In this document: piece after piece, positions 47,000-56,845 of the stretch
Position numbering within the stretch: position 1 is the first letter of the stretch
Layout of the letters: each line of letters starts with the position of its first letter
IMG/VR virus record: IMGVR_UViG_3300042731_004843
Location: 44,146 to 108,145 of that record
DNA: 64,000 nucleotides
DNA from: a virus
Reading direction: 5' to 3' (one strand)
The notes under the pieces: generated by a model
The model's input: the letters and a program-made list of their open reading frames with translations, nothing else
Database searches by the model: none
Told to the model about the DNA's origin: nothing
Translations under genes and position numbers: made by a program

Positions 47000-49900
47000 A
47001 TGGCTGATGAGCTGATCCAACCTGGCGTATCCGTAATCCAGGAGTTTAGGACGATCAGTCCGACCATCATCACCCCGACGCTGGTTCCGTGCGCCATTGC
47101 GCCGGCCTTCCAGGTTATCGAGGCGCTGGAGACGGACGCTACCGGTAATCAGGTGGTGAACACGGATGCCGTGGCATCCGTGCCGGCATTGGTGGAGTCG
47201 GAAAATCCCGGTGACTACACCGGCCTAGACACGTTGACTCTAAAGGTGAGCGTGAACAACGGCCCGGCACAGGAGTTCACCTTCAGTGACCCGACAGCAT
47301 CGGGCCTGAGTGCCACGGCGGTCAAAGATCAGATCGCAGCTGGAGCTCCCGATGGATTTGGGGCATACGTGGTCACCAGGAGTGGGTCGGACTACGTACA
47401 GCTCCGCACCATCAACAGCGGCGACGGTCAGATCCTTCAGATCTTGGACGGTACCGCCAACTCCATCCTTGGCTTCAACCAGGGGTGGCAGGCTGAAGGC
47501 GTCTCGACCTACCAGCAGGTAGACGTCCGGGTACAGCAGGACAACTTCCCGGACCCACGGGGACTGCTGCCGGATGAGGCTGATGTAGATGAGGACAGCA
47601 TCCGTGTCTTCGTCAACACCGGCACCACGCTGAAAGAGTTCCAGCGGGACGAGACCTTCTTGCGCAAGCTCAAGAAGGCCATCTACACCTCGGGCGACAT
47701 CACCTTCCCGACTACTACGCTGACCGGCAAGAAGTTCTCCTTCCAAGATGGGCAGGGAGCGGCCGTGCAGGAGTACACGTTCGCGGGTGAGGCTGCTACC
47801 GCCATTGCACTAGCAGCCGCAATGAACGCCCTGATCGGCTCCACCAAGGTGGTCGATAACGGACTCACCAAGATCGATTTCGTCACCGAGACCGGCTACT
47901 TCAAGGTGGTCACGCCTTCCAGCGACTCCGCCCACGCCATCATCAAGTGGACTGACCTGGATGAGGCGTACACCGTGGAGCCGGTGGATGATGGAGACGG
48001 GGACTCGAGAACTCCGATCATCGTTATCGATGAGGAGGACTTCACTGCCCCCGCCACCGAGGCCAATCTGGTAGGTACTGCCACATTAGGCGCCACGGAG
48101 CAGGTGATCAACAACCTCAGCTTCGAGGTCGCCGTAGATGGCGAGTACATGCAAGAGATCAACTTCGTCGGCAAGCCGCTGGTCGGTAGCGCTGTGTACA
48201 ACGCGGCCAACACCTTGACCGGTGAGACGCTGACCTTCGAGGTGAACGGCACACAGAAGGCTGCCGTGTTCTCTGGCGGCGATCCCGTCAGCATCGCCTC
48301 GGCCATCGCACAGATCAACGCGGCTGCAGGTATCACTGTGGCTTACGAGTCGGATTCTTTGGGAAATCCGACGGCTTCTGGTGGCTACCTGGCCCTCCGC
48401 GTGGGCGGAGCAACCCTGGTTGAGGGCGGCGACGTCAAGTTGCTCTATCAGGGCGTTGGCGATGACCCGACCTGGACAGACTTGGGCTACGCAGCCGCCA
48501 TCGGTGCGGATGTCGAGCAGACCTTGAAGCTGGATGCTCCGGCCGAGTACAGCGACATCGTTCGGCAGATCAACCAGACGATGGGGGCCGGCTTCGCTGA
48601 TGATGACGGTACCGGCAAGCTCGAGTTGCTGTCTTCCATCCAGGGAGCCGAGTCCAAGATCCAAATCGGCAAGGGCACGGCCAATACGTTGCTGGGCTTC
48701 ACTGATGACCAGACGACGTACGGTGACGCCTTTGCCCCCAAGATCGGAGATGCAGTTTGGGTAGACGGCGTCTTCATCGGCAACATCGCCGTGGTCATGC
48801 CCGGAGGGTACAACAATCGCCTGAAGCTGGACCGAGAAGTGGCCCTGACCTGGGGTGGAGTGGCGTACTACATTCAGGCCCAGAACATCCCTGACACACT
48901 ACCATCTGACAGGCCCACACCGGACCTGGTGGTGGACACTACCGGGGCCATCCTCGTGAAGCATGACGTGCTGCGCGACACTGAGGGCAACCCCATCGTA
49001 GCGGTAGGCCAGCTCATCATCGCCTACAACGCTCTGCGTCTGGACGTCACTCCCGCGGCGAATGATCCAGGACTGCTGACCCTGGACGACACCACGGACC
49101 TCGAGGACGCGCTGGCTCCGCTCAACACGGACAACCCGCTCGGGCTCATGTTGTACTTCATGCTCATCAATGCCCCCGGCATCACGGTCACGGGACTAGG
49201 TGTGGATGCGGTGAGCGCGGAGAACCCTGACGGAACTCCGGAAGCCTATGCCAGGGCGCTTGCCTACCTGGAGAGCAAAGAGGTCTACGCACTGGCTGGC
49301 GCTTCCCAAGATCCCACGGTGCACCAGCTCTTCCAAACTCACGTCAACGCGCAGTCCGACCCGGATGCCAAGGGAGAGCGCATTGCTCTCATCAACCCGG
49401 AGATGCCGGGGAGAGGCCGTACCCGACCTGGTCATCAGCGGCACGGATGGTGACTCGACGGCCATCACCAACGAATTCGACACCAAGCTGGCGGGGCTGG
49501 CCTCGGCTGTCTTGGCAGCAGGTATCAACCCCGTGGGCACCATCGGCGTGGATGAAGGCCTGTACCTCGACATCGCTTCTGACACCAAGAAGTACAGCAT
49601 CAGCGCGATCAGCGGTACGAAGGTCACTATCCGCGTGGCCTTTGCTCCGGGAGAGAACGACGACGGCTTCTACGCCACCACCAATTTGCCGAGCACTTTG
49701 ATCTCGGAGACTTTCTCTGTCAACGTGCGCGGCGAGAGCCTAGTGGACTCCAACGGGGATCCAGACTACGAGGCCATCGCACAGGCATACCAGGACACCG
49801 GTAAGGCCTACGCAGACAGGCGCATGGTCATGGTAGCCCCGGAAGAGGTGGGCGCTGTAGTAGACAACCTGGAACAGCGCATCAAGGGCTACTACCTGTG

Positions 49901-50405
49901 CTCGGCCATCGCCGGCATGGTTGGCCAGCAGGCCCCTCAGCAGGGCTTCACCAACTTCCCCGTCACCGGGTTCACCAGGGTGTTCGGCTCGAGTGACGTG
50001 TTCAACCGCACCCAGATGAACGTGGGTGCGGCAGGAGGTACCTACTGGGTCATCCAGACTCTGGCGGGCACGCCTCTTCTGGCACGCCACCAGCTCACCA
50101 CGGACCTCACCAGCATCGAGACCCGTGAGCTGAGCATCACCAAGGTGGTGGACTTCACCGCGAAGTTCATGAGGTCCGGCCTTCGGAACTTCATCGGCAA
50201 GTTCAACATCACCCAGCCGTTCCTGGACACGCTGAGCACGGTGGTACAGGGTCAGCTCTCGTTCCTCACGGAGTCGGGAGTCATCGTGGGCGGTGACCTG
50301 AACAACATCATCCAGGACGAGTCAGCCCCGGATACGGTGTTGATCGACGTCACTTTGGACGTTCCTTACCCATGCAACTACATCCGATTGACACTTGTCA
50401 TCTAG
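47000..50405 (+). CDS. contractile tail sheath protein, split by a +1 frameshift at GGGG 49408-49411 (about 1134 aa if joined)
   Basis: N-terminal QPGVSV; C-terminal RHQLTT, RELSI, FIGKFNI, VPYPCNYI; ORFs 47000-49453 and 49248-50405 join as ...NPEMPG-EAVPDL on removing one G. Confidence 0.85.
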
Positions 50406-50427
50406 CGTGACAATTCGCAGAACGTAG

Positions 50428-51519
50428 ATGGCTGGTACTGCACCAAATACTGCGGGCATGTCCCTCCCCAAGATCCCCGACAAGAAGGGCACGGGCGGAT
50501 TTCGTGCAGCTATGGTCGCCCACGAAATGGGCCACGCTACAGACTTCGAGGGGCGCAGGGCCCAGAAGCTGCGCAGTGCCCTAGAAAGGGGTCTGTGGTT
50601 GGGCGGACAGGGCGCCACCCTACTAGCTCAGTCTCGGGGCCGACCCATGATGGCGGCTCTCGGTGAGCTCGCCTCCTCGGCCCCAGACCTGTATGACGAG
50701 GCCGTGGCCACCAAACGCGGTCTCAGGGCTCTGAAAGATTCCGGCAAATACACTCCGGCGGAGATCAAGAAGGCGAGAAATACGCTAATTTGGGGCGGAG
50801 GTACGTACGGCGCCCATGCCCTAGCAGACGCTGCTATCTCCGCAGGCACTAGCAGCTTTAACCAATTAGCCAAGCAGACAGACTCTCCAGAAGTGGCTGT
50901 GGGGGCTACACTCGCGCCTATGTTGGCCAAGCGGCTAGTAAAGCCCATGATCACTGGTGCTGTGAGCGCGGCTTTCACTCGTTCGGCTAAAAAGTCCCCA
51001 GTGATTACTCCCGCAGAAGCCGAGGGTCTACGCAGGCAAATGGGTGTTCGCGCCCAGATCTACGAAGCAGATCCCGAGATCTTGGAGGACAATGCTGCTT
51101 ATGTACGGGGGGGCGGCCATAGAGGCCCTCTTCGCGGTTTTCGACAAGCGTCTGTAGAGACCCTGTTGGCGGAAAAGGATAGGAAAAAGAGGACGGGGCA
51201 GGCCTCAGAAGTGCTGAGAAGAGGGGGTGTCCTTTTGCCCAAGACCGCCTCTGTTGCTGCTGATGAATGGGAGAAGGACCCGCCCAGTCTCGGTAAGAGG
51301 ATCGCCAAAGGTGTCGGTCTTGGCGCCCTTACCGTCGGTACTGCCGGGGGCCTTATTGCGGCGTCAGATCCTAAGACCACCAAGAGACTCATCCAGCACG
51401 TACGTCAGCATGGGATCAAGGGACTGAAGAAATTCAAGCTGGCTAGCATCGGGCCGCCAGCTCGTGAGACACTTTCAAGAACGCACTGGCCGGCGTTGGC
51501 CAAGGCGCTAGCCAAGTAG
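50428..51519 (+). CDS. zinc metallopeptidase (HExxH; YugP/Zn_peptidase_2-like) with KxA sites
   Basis: AHEMGHA ... DEAVATKRG ... ARNTL...TY. Confidence 0.7.
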   Translation: MAGTAPNTAGMSLPKIPDKKGTGGFRAAMVAHEMGHATDFEGRRAQKLRSALERGLWLGGQGATLLAQSRGRPMMAALGELASSAPDLYDEAVATKRGLRALKDSGKYTPAEIKKARNTLIWGGGTYGAHALADAAISAGTSSFNQLAKQTDSPEVAVGATLAPMLAKRLVKPMITGAVSAAFTRSAKKSPVITPAEAEGLRRQMGVRAQIYEADPEILEDNAAYVRGGGHRGPLRGFRQASVETLLAEKDRKKRTGQASEVLRRGGVLLPKTASVAADEWEKDPPSLGKRIAKGVGLGALTVGTAGGLIAASDPKTTKRLIQHVRQHGIKGLKKFKLASIGPPARETLSRTHWPALAKALAK

Positions 51520-51529
51520 GAGGCACGAG

Positions 51530-52252
51530 ATGGCTACCTTCAGTGAGTGGTCGCCCTATGAGAAGTTCGTACAGGCCGGTATGGTTGACGGCCAGTTCCT
51601 CAATGCCGGGTTCACCGTTTTGGCGGCAGGGCCTCCACGGCTAGCCAACATTGGTGGGTCTACAGCTTTGGCCGGCGCTTTGGCCGGTGCCGGAGCAGAC
51701 CAGATGGTGATGCCAGTAGGCGTGGTCCAGAACGTCAATCTGAGCCACAACAGGACGTTCAACAGGATCTTCGAGGTTGGTTCTGAGCGCTCCTACTTCA
51801 TCTCCGGCCGCACCATCGGGCAGCTGTCGATCGCCAGGATCTTGTACCATGGTCCCAGCTTGCTCCGCATGCTGTACGCCTACTACGAGGACGCCATCCC
51901 CCCGACGGTGGTGGAAGCAGTGTTCCCGAATGCGGGCATCGCAACCGTGGCTAACCCCCACGATGTCGTGATTCCGCCTGGGTACGAGAACCTGTTCCTC
52001 AACCTGGCTTCGGACCTATTCAACCAGCCCGTGGGTATCTTGCTGTACGTCAGGGACAGCAACTTGGACACCTACGGGGCGGTCTACCTGGAGAGCTGCT
52101 ACGTGCCCAACCACACCTGGGCCACCGACGCCCAGGGAGTCATCATTCAGGAATCGGCGGCTATCCAGTTCGAGCGGGCGGTACCGGTAGCAGTGAGTGC
52201 CTTGTCGCTTATCGCTGGTGCGTCTGGTAGTGCTCTGGGCATCGGAAGCTAG
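51530..52252 (+). CDS. tail tube protein
   Basis: GVVQN......RIFEVGS.RSYFI.GR..G.L.I.R; downstream of sheath. Confidence 0.75.
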   Translation: MATFSEWSPYEKFVQAGMVDGQFLNAGFTVLAAGPPRLANIGGSTALAGALAGAGADQMVMPVGVVQNVNLSHNRTFNRIFEVGSERSYFISGRTIGQLSIARILYHGPSLLRMLYAYYEDAIPPTVVEAVFPNAGIATVANPHDVVIPPGYENLFLNLASDLFNQPVGILLYVRDSNLDTYGAVYLESCYVPNHTWATDAQGVIIQESAAIQFERAVPVAVSALSLIAGASGSALGIGS

Positions 52253-52256
52253 TCCT

Positions 52257-52898
52257 GTGCCCCGCTTGATCCCATACGGCGAGGTCGTGAAAACGGCCAG
52301 TCGCAGGCGTGCTGCAGCAGCCGCTGATGCTGGTCGTGGAATGGCGCACGCCATCGTGTCCACGGACCTGGCCAAGGTGGCCGGGATGTTACTGGCCAGG
52401 TCTGCAGGCATCGACCAGGACATGGAGAAGGCTGCGTCCTTGATGGTCCAGACGGGGGCTCTATCCGAAGAGGACTTCCTTCTCGAGAAGGAAGCCGGAT
52501 TTGCGGGCCTCCGATCTCTGTTCTCCCAAGCCCGCGGCGGGCTCAGTGGGATCCGCAGAAGGATGGGCGGCATGTTTCAGGGCAAGACCGCGCCCTACAA
52601 GCCCAGCAAGGCCGCAAAGGGTTGGTCTGCAGGCCCCAAGAAGGCCCCAGAGGGCATGGGAGGAGTCAAGGGCGCCAAGGAAGGCAAAAAGGGCTTCGGT
52701 TGGGGCAAGGCCCTGCCCTGGATGGCTGTAGGCGGTCTCGGGTACGGTGCGTACAAAGGCATCCCGGCCGCAGTCAGGACACTGGAAGCAACTAGCACAA
52801 CACCTATGGCGCAAGGATTGGGGTGGAGTCCGGTAGCCTACGGGTACGGACACACACCGTACGGGCCGGGGATGGCGACCATGGGAGCAGGTGCATAG
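52257..52898 (+). CDS. putative virion protein (KxA leader + amphipathic/TM segment)
   Basis: KTAS, KVAG, EKAAS, EKEA|GFAGLRSLFSQARGG; start uncertain (52257 or 52341). Confidence 0.65.
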   Translation: MPRLIPYGEVVKTASRRRAAAAADAGRGMAHAIVSTDLAKVAGMLLARSAGIDQDMEKAASLMVQTGALSEEDFLLEKEAGFAGLRSLFSQARGGLSGIRRRMGGMFQGKTAPYKPSKAAKGWSAGPKKAPEGMGGVKGAKEGKKGFGWGKALPWMAVGGLGYGAYKGIPAAVRTLEATSTTPMAQGLGWSPVAYGYGHTPYGPGMATMGAGA

Positions 52899-53008
52899 AA
52901 CTCTGTAGTCGGGTCCTCCACAAGTCTCAGCCACCGTGGGAAACCACGGCCTGCCGGCTACAGATACCGCCCCCGCTCGGGATTCGGCCCCTGGGCGGGG
53001 GCATCTTT

Positions 53009-53503
53009 TTAGCTCTGATCTCCCTCCGGCAAACCTACCACAGGCCAGTCTTGTTGGGCTGGTGGGGGCTGGTACTCCTGGTCGAAGTTTTCCATCTCGG
53101 CCTGCGTGGAGATGTGGGAGGGCCGCACAACCCCAACTTCCAACTGCTGTTTGTTGGGGGCGGGCTGGGAGATTTTGTGAGTGATTTGATCTAGCAATTC
53201 CCGCTCATGCGCTCCCAGCATAGAGAAGTCGTTGTCTCCCACCATGAGCCGGAAGGCTAGCTCCTTCTCTTCCGGTCCGTACTTGTCTGTGTCGTCATCC
53301 ACTACGTCTAGCAGTAGCCCGGTCTCCCGGCCAAACAGCTGCTCGAACTGTGTAGGGGCTAAGGAAGACGCCGGAGCGTCTTTAGTAGGTGGGTCGGCCG
53401 TGGGTGGAGCCGGGGCATGCGCGGCTAGGTACTCATCGGTCTTGGCGAACATGGGGCACTCGGTGTGCGGGTGATCTCCATTGCAGAACAGGCATTTAGT
53501 CAT
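53009..53503 (-). CDS. hypothetical protein with N-terminal CCHC knuckle
   Basis: CLFCNGDHPHTEC. Confidence 0.7.
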   Translation of the reverse strand: MTKCLFCNGDHPHTECPMFAKTDEYLAAHAPAPPTADPPTKDAPASSLAPTQFEQLFGRETGLLLDVVDDDTDKYGPEEKELAFRLMVGDNDFSMLGAHERELLDQITHKISQPAPNKQQLEVGVVRPSHISTQAEMENFDQEYQPPPAQQDWPVVGLPEGDQS

Positions 53504-53723
53504 TCGGTCCCACCATCAGTCCGGCAACGCGTTTCTCATAGTACGCTGTGATCAACGCGCGCACAACATCAGATGGCAGGTAGTTCTTGTCCTGCTGCTC
53601 GCCAATGCGCTTAGCCTCCAGCTCGAGGAACCGCATCATGGGAGGTGGTAGGAAGACGGTGAGGCGCCGGCGTATATCTTCCTGCGCCTCTTCTGGTCTT
53701 GATTTGTGGGTCTTACGTGGCAT
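53496..53723 (-). CDS. ribbon-helix-helix-like DNA-binding protein
   Basis: RRLTVFLP....FLE..A.......SDVVRALI pattern. Confidence 0.6.
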   Translation of the reverse strand: MPRKTHKSRPEEAQEDIRRRLTVFLPPPMMRFLELEAKRIGEQQDKNYLPSDVVRALITAYYEKRVAGLMVGPND

Positions 53724-56511
53724 CAGCCAGTGTGGATATCTTCCCGATACCGCGCCCCATACTGTCTACTACTTCATTGCAGTCGAGGCAGTAGAACAGG
53801 TCCTCGCCATGGGCCTCGTGGAGCCCCATTTCGTCCAGCTTTGTTGGTGGGATAGGCCGAATACGCACATGGTAGCCGCCCGTGCAAGTATGTCGGAGAC
53901 GCTGGACCTTGGGTCGTGGACACATGCATCCCCTGTCCGTGCCACATTTCTTGCAGTAGACGGGCTTGTACAGCTCGGTGCGCTTCTCCAGCTTGCGTGC
54001 GTCCTCTTGAGCCTTGTGTAGAGCCTCTACACGTTCTTGTTCCCTCGCAGGGGCCAGCTGCTTCTGCCTCTTGATGAACTCCTCAGTCTCCTGGGACCAG
54101 GACCTGTCCATCAGGGCAGCCAGCGGCACCTCTTCTGGAGTTGTGGTCTTGCTGAATCTCTCGACCGATTCGCGATCTACAGCCTCCTGAATTGCTTTGG
54201 CTCGCCCGGCCGCTATGGCGTCCGCGATGTTGCGGGCAGACCGACCGTAGCAGAACCTCCGGGGAATGGGCATCGCGAAGGCGGCATCGGCCATTCTCTG
54301 GTGGGGATCCATCGGCATGTCCTCGTAGAGGCGGCGCATGTTGTCCGTTTTCAGCACGTCCTTGGCCACTCTCTGGTGGGGATCCCAGACCTCACGTAGC
54401 TCCTCCGGAGGGATGAATGGGTTGTTCATCTTCCTCAGCATGTCCTCAGCCACCTCTGCGATGAAGTGCGCCTTCGGGTGGCCACAGTCGGACAGACCCT
54501 CCACGACCTTGCGTAGTACGTCGGCCGGTCGAGTATTGGACTGTTCCACAAGAACGGCCACTAGTGGCTGAAGCAGACAAGCTCGTACGGTATCTCCGGT
54601 CAAGGAGTCATCCCCAGGAGGAGTGGTCATCCGCACGTAGTGCATGGTTTGTCCGGAACGGCTCTTGGCCCTAAGCTGCAGATGGCCGGGTACCTCGCGC
54701 CCACTCGGGGCGTGCTCGAAAGTGACGCGATAGAGCGTATTGTGGTCATACGCCTTCGTGCCCTCGATCTCCGCCAGCACCGGGCTCTTGAGCAGTTTGC
54801 CGTTGAATACCCCGTCAACAACGGCATCGTCGTGGATCATGATGCCTTCTTCCCACGGCACCTCGAGCTCTTCTACCAGCCCCTCCATTATTTCTCGCTT
54901 GGTGGTGGAGAAGGCGCGAGCAGCGGGTTCGATGAACTTCTTCACCAAGAAGTGGGCATTGATATCGCCTACCTTGAGGGCGCGTCCGTACTCTAGGCCC
55001 TCCACGCCGTATGCTTCGAAGCCCACGTAGCCGTGTCCACGATCTTCTATGGACACGTCCTGCAGTTCTACGTCCTCCCCCTCCACCTCATACAGGGTAC
55101 GGCCTCCTTCGCAGTGCGGGAAAGTGGAGCAGCTCCAGAACCACTGCCCCTCCATGGGCCCGTGTTTGGCCAACCGGATTACCATGGGGGCGGCGCAGCT
55201 GGGGCAACTCGGCTGTCCACAGGCTTTGTACGCACATTCTTGTAGGTGAGAGCAGCCCTGGCACTCTTTATCGTGGACGTCGAAGTACTCTTCGTCCCCG
55301 ATGCAGTCCCGTCTTTCTGCTGTTTCCTTTTCCATCTTGGTCTTTACCTCCTGCCACACCTGCGCCTCCACACGCTGGCGTTCACGATAGAGGTTGTGTA
55401 TCTGCCGACTCCACACTCCCATTCCTTCGTGATCTTTATGGGCAGACGCGAAGTCGAATTTTGATTTCGCCTCAGTCTGAAGCATGATGAGGCGCTGTAC
55501 TCTTGGATCCTCCCGCACGATGAGGTCTGCGTCAGAAGTGGGCGATCCCTCCATCCTCTTCTTCATTTCCTCGGCCTGTTCCTCCGGAGATGCGTGGGGG
55601 TCTAGGTCTTTGGACAACGTACCCAGAAATCGCTCCTGCAGCTTCTTGAGCCCGACAATGCTGTCGTCGGTTAGCGGGCCGCTAGGCATGATGTACAAGG
55701 GGTCCACTGGTCGGAACTTACCCACGAATTCCGGACTCGAGAACCGAAAGGCGTTATCGTCGAACCAGATGTCCTCGTGCTTCGTTGGTTCGGCGGCCAC
55801 CTTACCCTCGATATGCGCGTGCTCTAGCGGTTTGACGGGCCAGACCGTTTCGATGTCCAGCGAGAAGACGTCGCCGTTCTTGTTCGGCACTCCGCGTTTC
55901 TTGATCGTGCCAAGGACCAATACGCACTGGTCTGGCTTGGAGGAGAAATCCATTCCTATTACGCGGTCGCCTTCTTGGGGCAGCTGGGCGTACCCATCGT
56001 GAGTAAGCGGTATCGAGACAGGCGTCAATTCTTTGCCGTCTGGGCCCGCTAGCATCAGCCCGGACCCGTTTAGGGCATCCTTCTTCTGCGCACCCATTTG
56101 TGCCGCTACGCGCAGCTCCAGCTGCTCGAAGTCCGCCACGACAACATCCGAACCTACGGACTGGACCGGCACATCTACCCCAGGTGCCCGATAGGTGGGT
56201 TGGTCCGGGTTGCATGTTGGGCACTTTGGCTCCGGCACGGAGCAGCCCATGGAGAACTCTTTCAGCTTGTCGAGCGTCATCAGCGTGCGCAAGGCCTCCT
56301 GCATCACAGGAGGGCCGTAGCCCTGCTCGTCTCCTTCCGGCGGCCATCGCCTCAACCTCCCCATGGGAGGCCCGTGAATGTAAAAGGAGGGTCGGGGCGT
56401 ATTGGTCTTGTCCCCCGGTTTAAGCCTTCCCGTTACGGTTCCTTTGTACGGCTGCTGCGCCTGCATCTTGGACTGCCACCACGTGTTCTCCGGCTTCTTT
56501 TCGTCGCTCAT
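53713..56511 (-). CDS. 932-aa mosaic protein made of short motifs of essential phage proteins plus Zn fingers
   Basis: See findings; includes a topoisomerase-type C4 finger CPSC...FWSCSTFPHC. Confidence 0.8.
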   Translation of the reverse strand: MSDEKKPENTWWQSKMQAQQPYKGTVTGRLKPGDKTNTPRPSFYIHGPPMGRLRRWPPEGDEQGYGPPVMQEALRTLMTLDKLKEFSMGCSVPEPKCPTCNPDQPTYRAPGVDVPVQSVGSDVVVADFEQLELRVAAQMGAQKKDALNGSGLMLAGPDGKELTPVSIPLTHDGYAQLPQEGDRVIGMDFSSKPDQCVLVLGTIKKRGVPNKNGDVFSLDIETVWPVKPLEHAHIEGKVAAEPTKHEDIWFDDNAFRFSSPEFVGKFRPVDPLYIMPSGPLTDDSIVGLKKLQERFLGTLSKDLDPHASPEEQAEEMKKRMEGSPTSDADLIVREDPRVQRLIMLQTEAKSKFDFASAHKDHEGMGVWSRQIHNLYRERQRVEAQVWQEVKTKMEKETAERRDCIGDEEYFDVHDKECQGCSHLQECAYKACGQPSCPSCAAPMVIRLAKHGPMEGQWFWSCSTFPHCEGGRTLYEVEGEDVELQDVSIEDRGHGYVGFEAYGVEGLEYGRALKVGDINAHFLVKKFIEPAARAFSTTKREIMEGLVEELEVPWEEGIMIHDDAVVDGVFNGKLLKSPVLAEIEGTKAYDHNTLYRVTFEHAPSGREVPGHLQLRAKSRSGQTMHYVRMTTPPGDDSLTGDTVRACLLQPLVAVLVEQSNTRPADVLRKVVEGLSDCGHPKAHFIAEVAEDMLRKMNNPFIPPEELREVWDPHQRVAKDVLKTDNMRRLYEDMPMDPHQRMADAAFAMPIPRRFCYGRSARNIADAIAAGRAKAIQEAVDRESVERFSKTTTPEEVPLAALMDRSWSQETEEFIKRQKQLAPAREQERVEALHKAQEDARKLEKRTELYKPVYCKKCGTDRGCMCPRPKVQRLRHTCTGGYHVRIRPIPPTKLDEMGLHEAHGEDLFYCLDCNEVVDSMGRGIGKISTLADAT

Positions 56512-56843
56512 GATTTCGGCCTCAAGTCTCCTTTCATCTTCTTTGCCGCGGCCTCCAACGTCAAGTACTGACCAGCGTAGTACGCCGTATATCGGCGTCC
56601 ATCTTTGCTGATCTTGGCGTCTTTGGATAGCCCCGACGGCAGGTGGGTGACTCGCATGGTGATCCTTCGTTCAGGCCCCCTGACACTCGGAAGAAACCAA
56701 CCACTTAGGGCGCCCCTGAAGGTGGGTCCCGGCGTGCACTCGAACCATTCGACCTCCTGGTAGTTGGCTCCGGGCCCCATCCCTAGCGTCCGCACCATTT
56801 TGATGCCTTCGATCTTCCATGTTCTTTGCGAGGACACGATCAC
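56508..56843 (-). CDS. hypothetical protein
   Basis: Operon packing. Confidence 0.6.
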   Translation of the reverse strand: MIVSSQRTWKIEGIKMVRTLGMGPGANYQEVEWFECTPGPTFRGALSGWFLPSVRGPERRITMRVTHLPSGLSKDAKISKDGRRYTAYYAGQYLTLEAAAKKMKGDLRPKS

Positions 56844-56845
56844 TC

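Noticed and set aside
53713-56511. Second or decayed DNA polymerase A gene
   Set aside because: PolA-like motifs are only 7-17 aa long, wrongly spaced and ordered (C-like before B-like), and interleaved with capsid, portal, protease and sheath motifs in an intact ORF; a normal polA begins at 998
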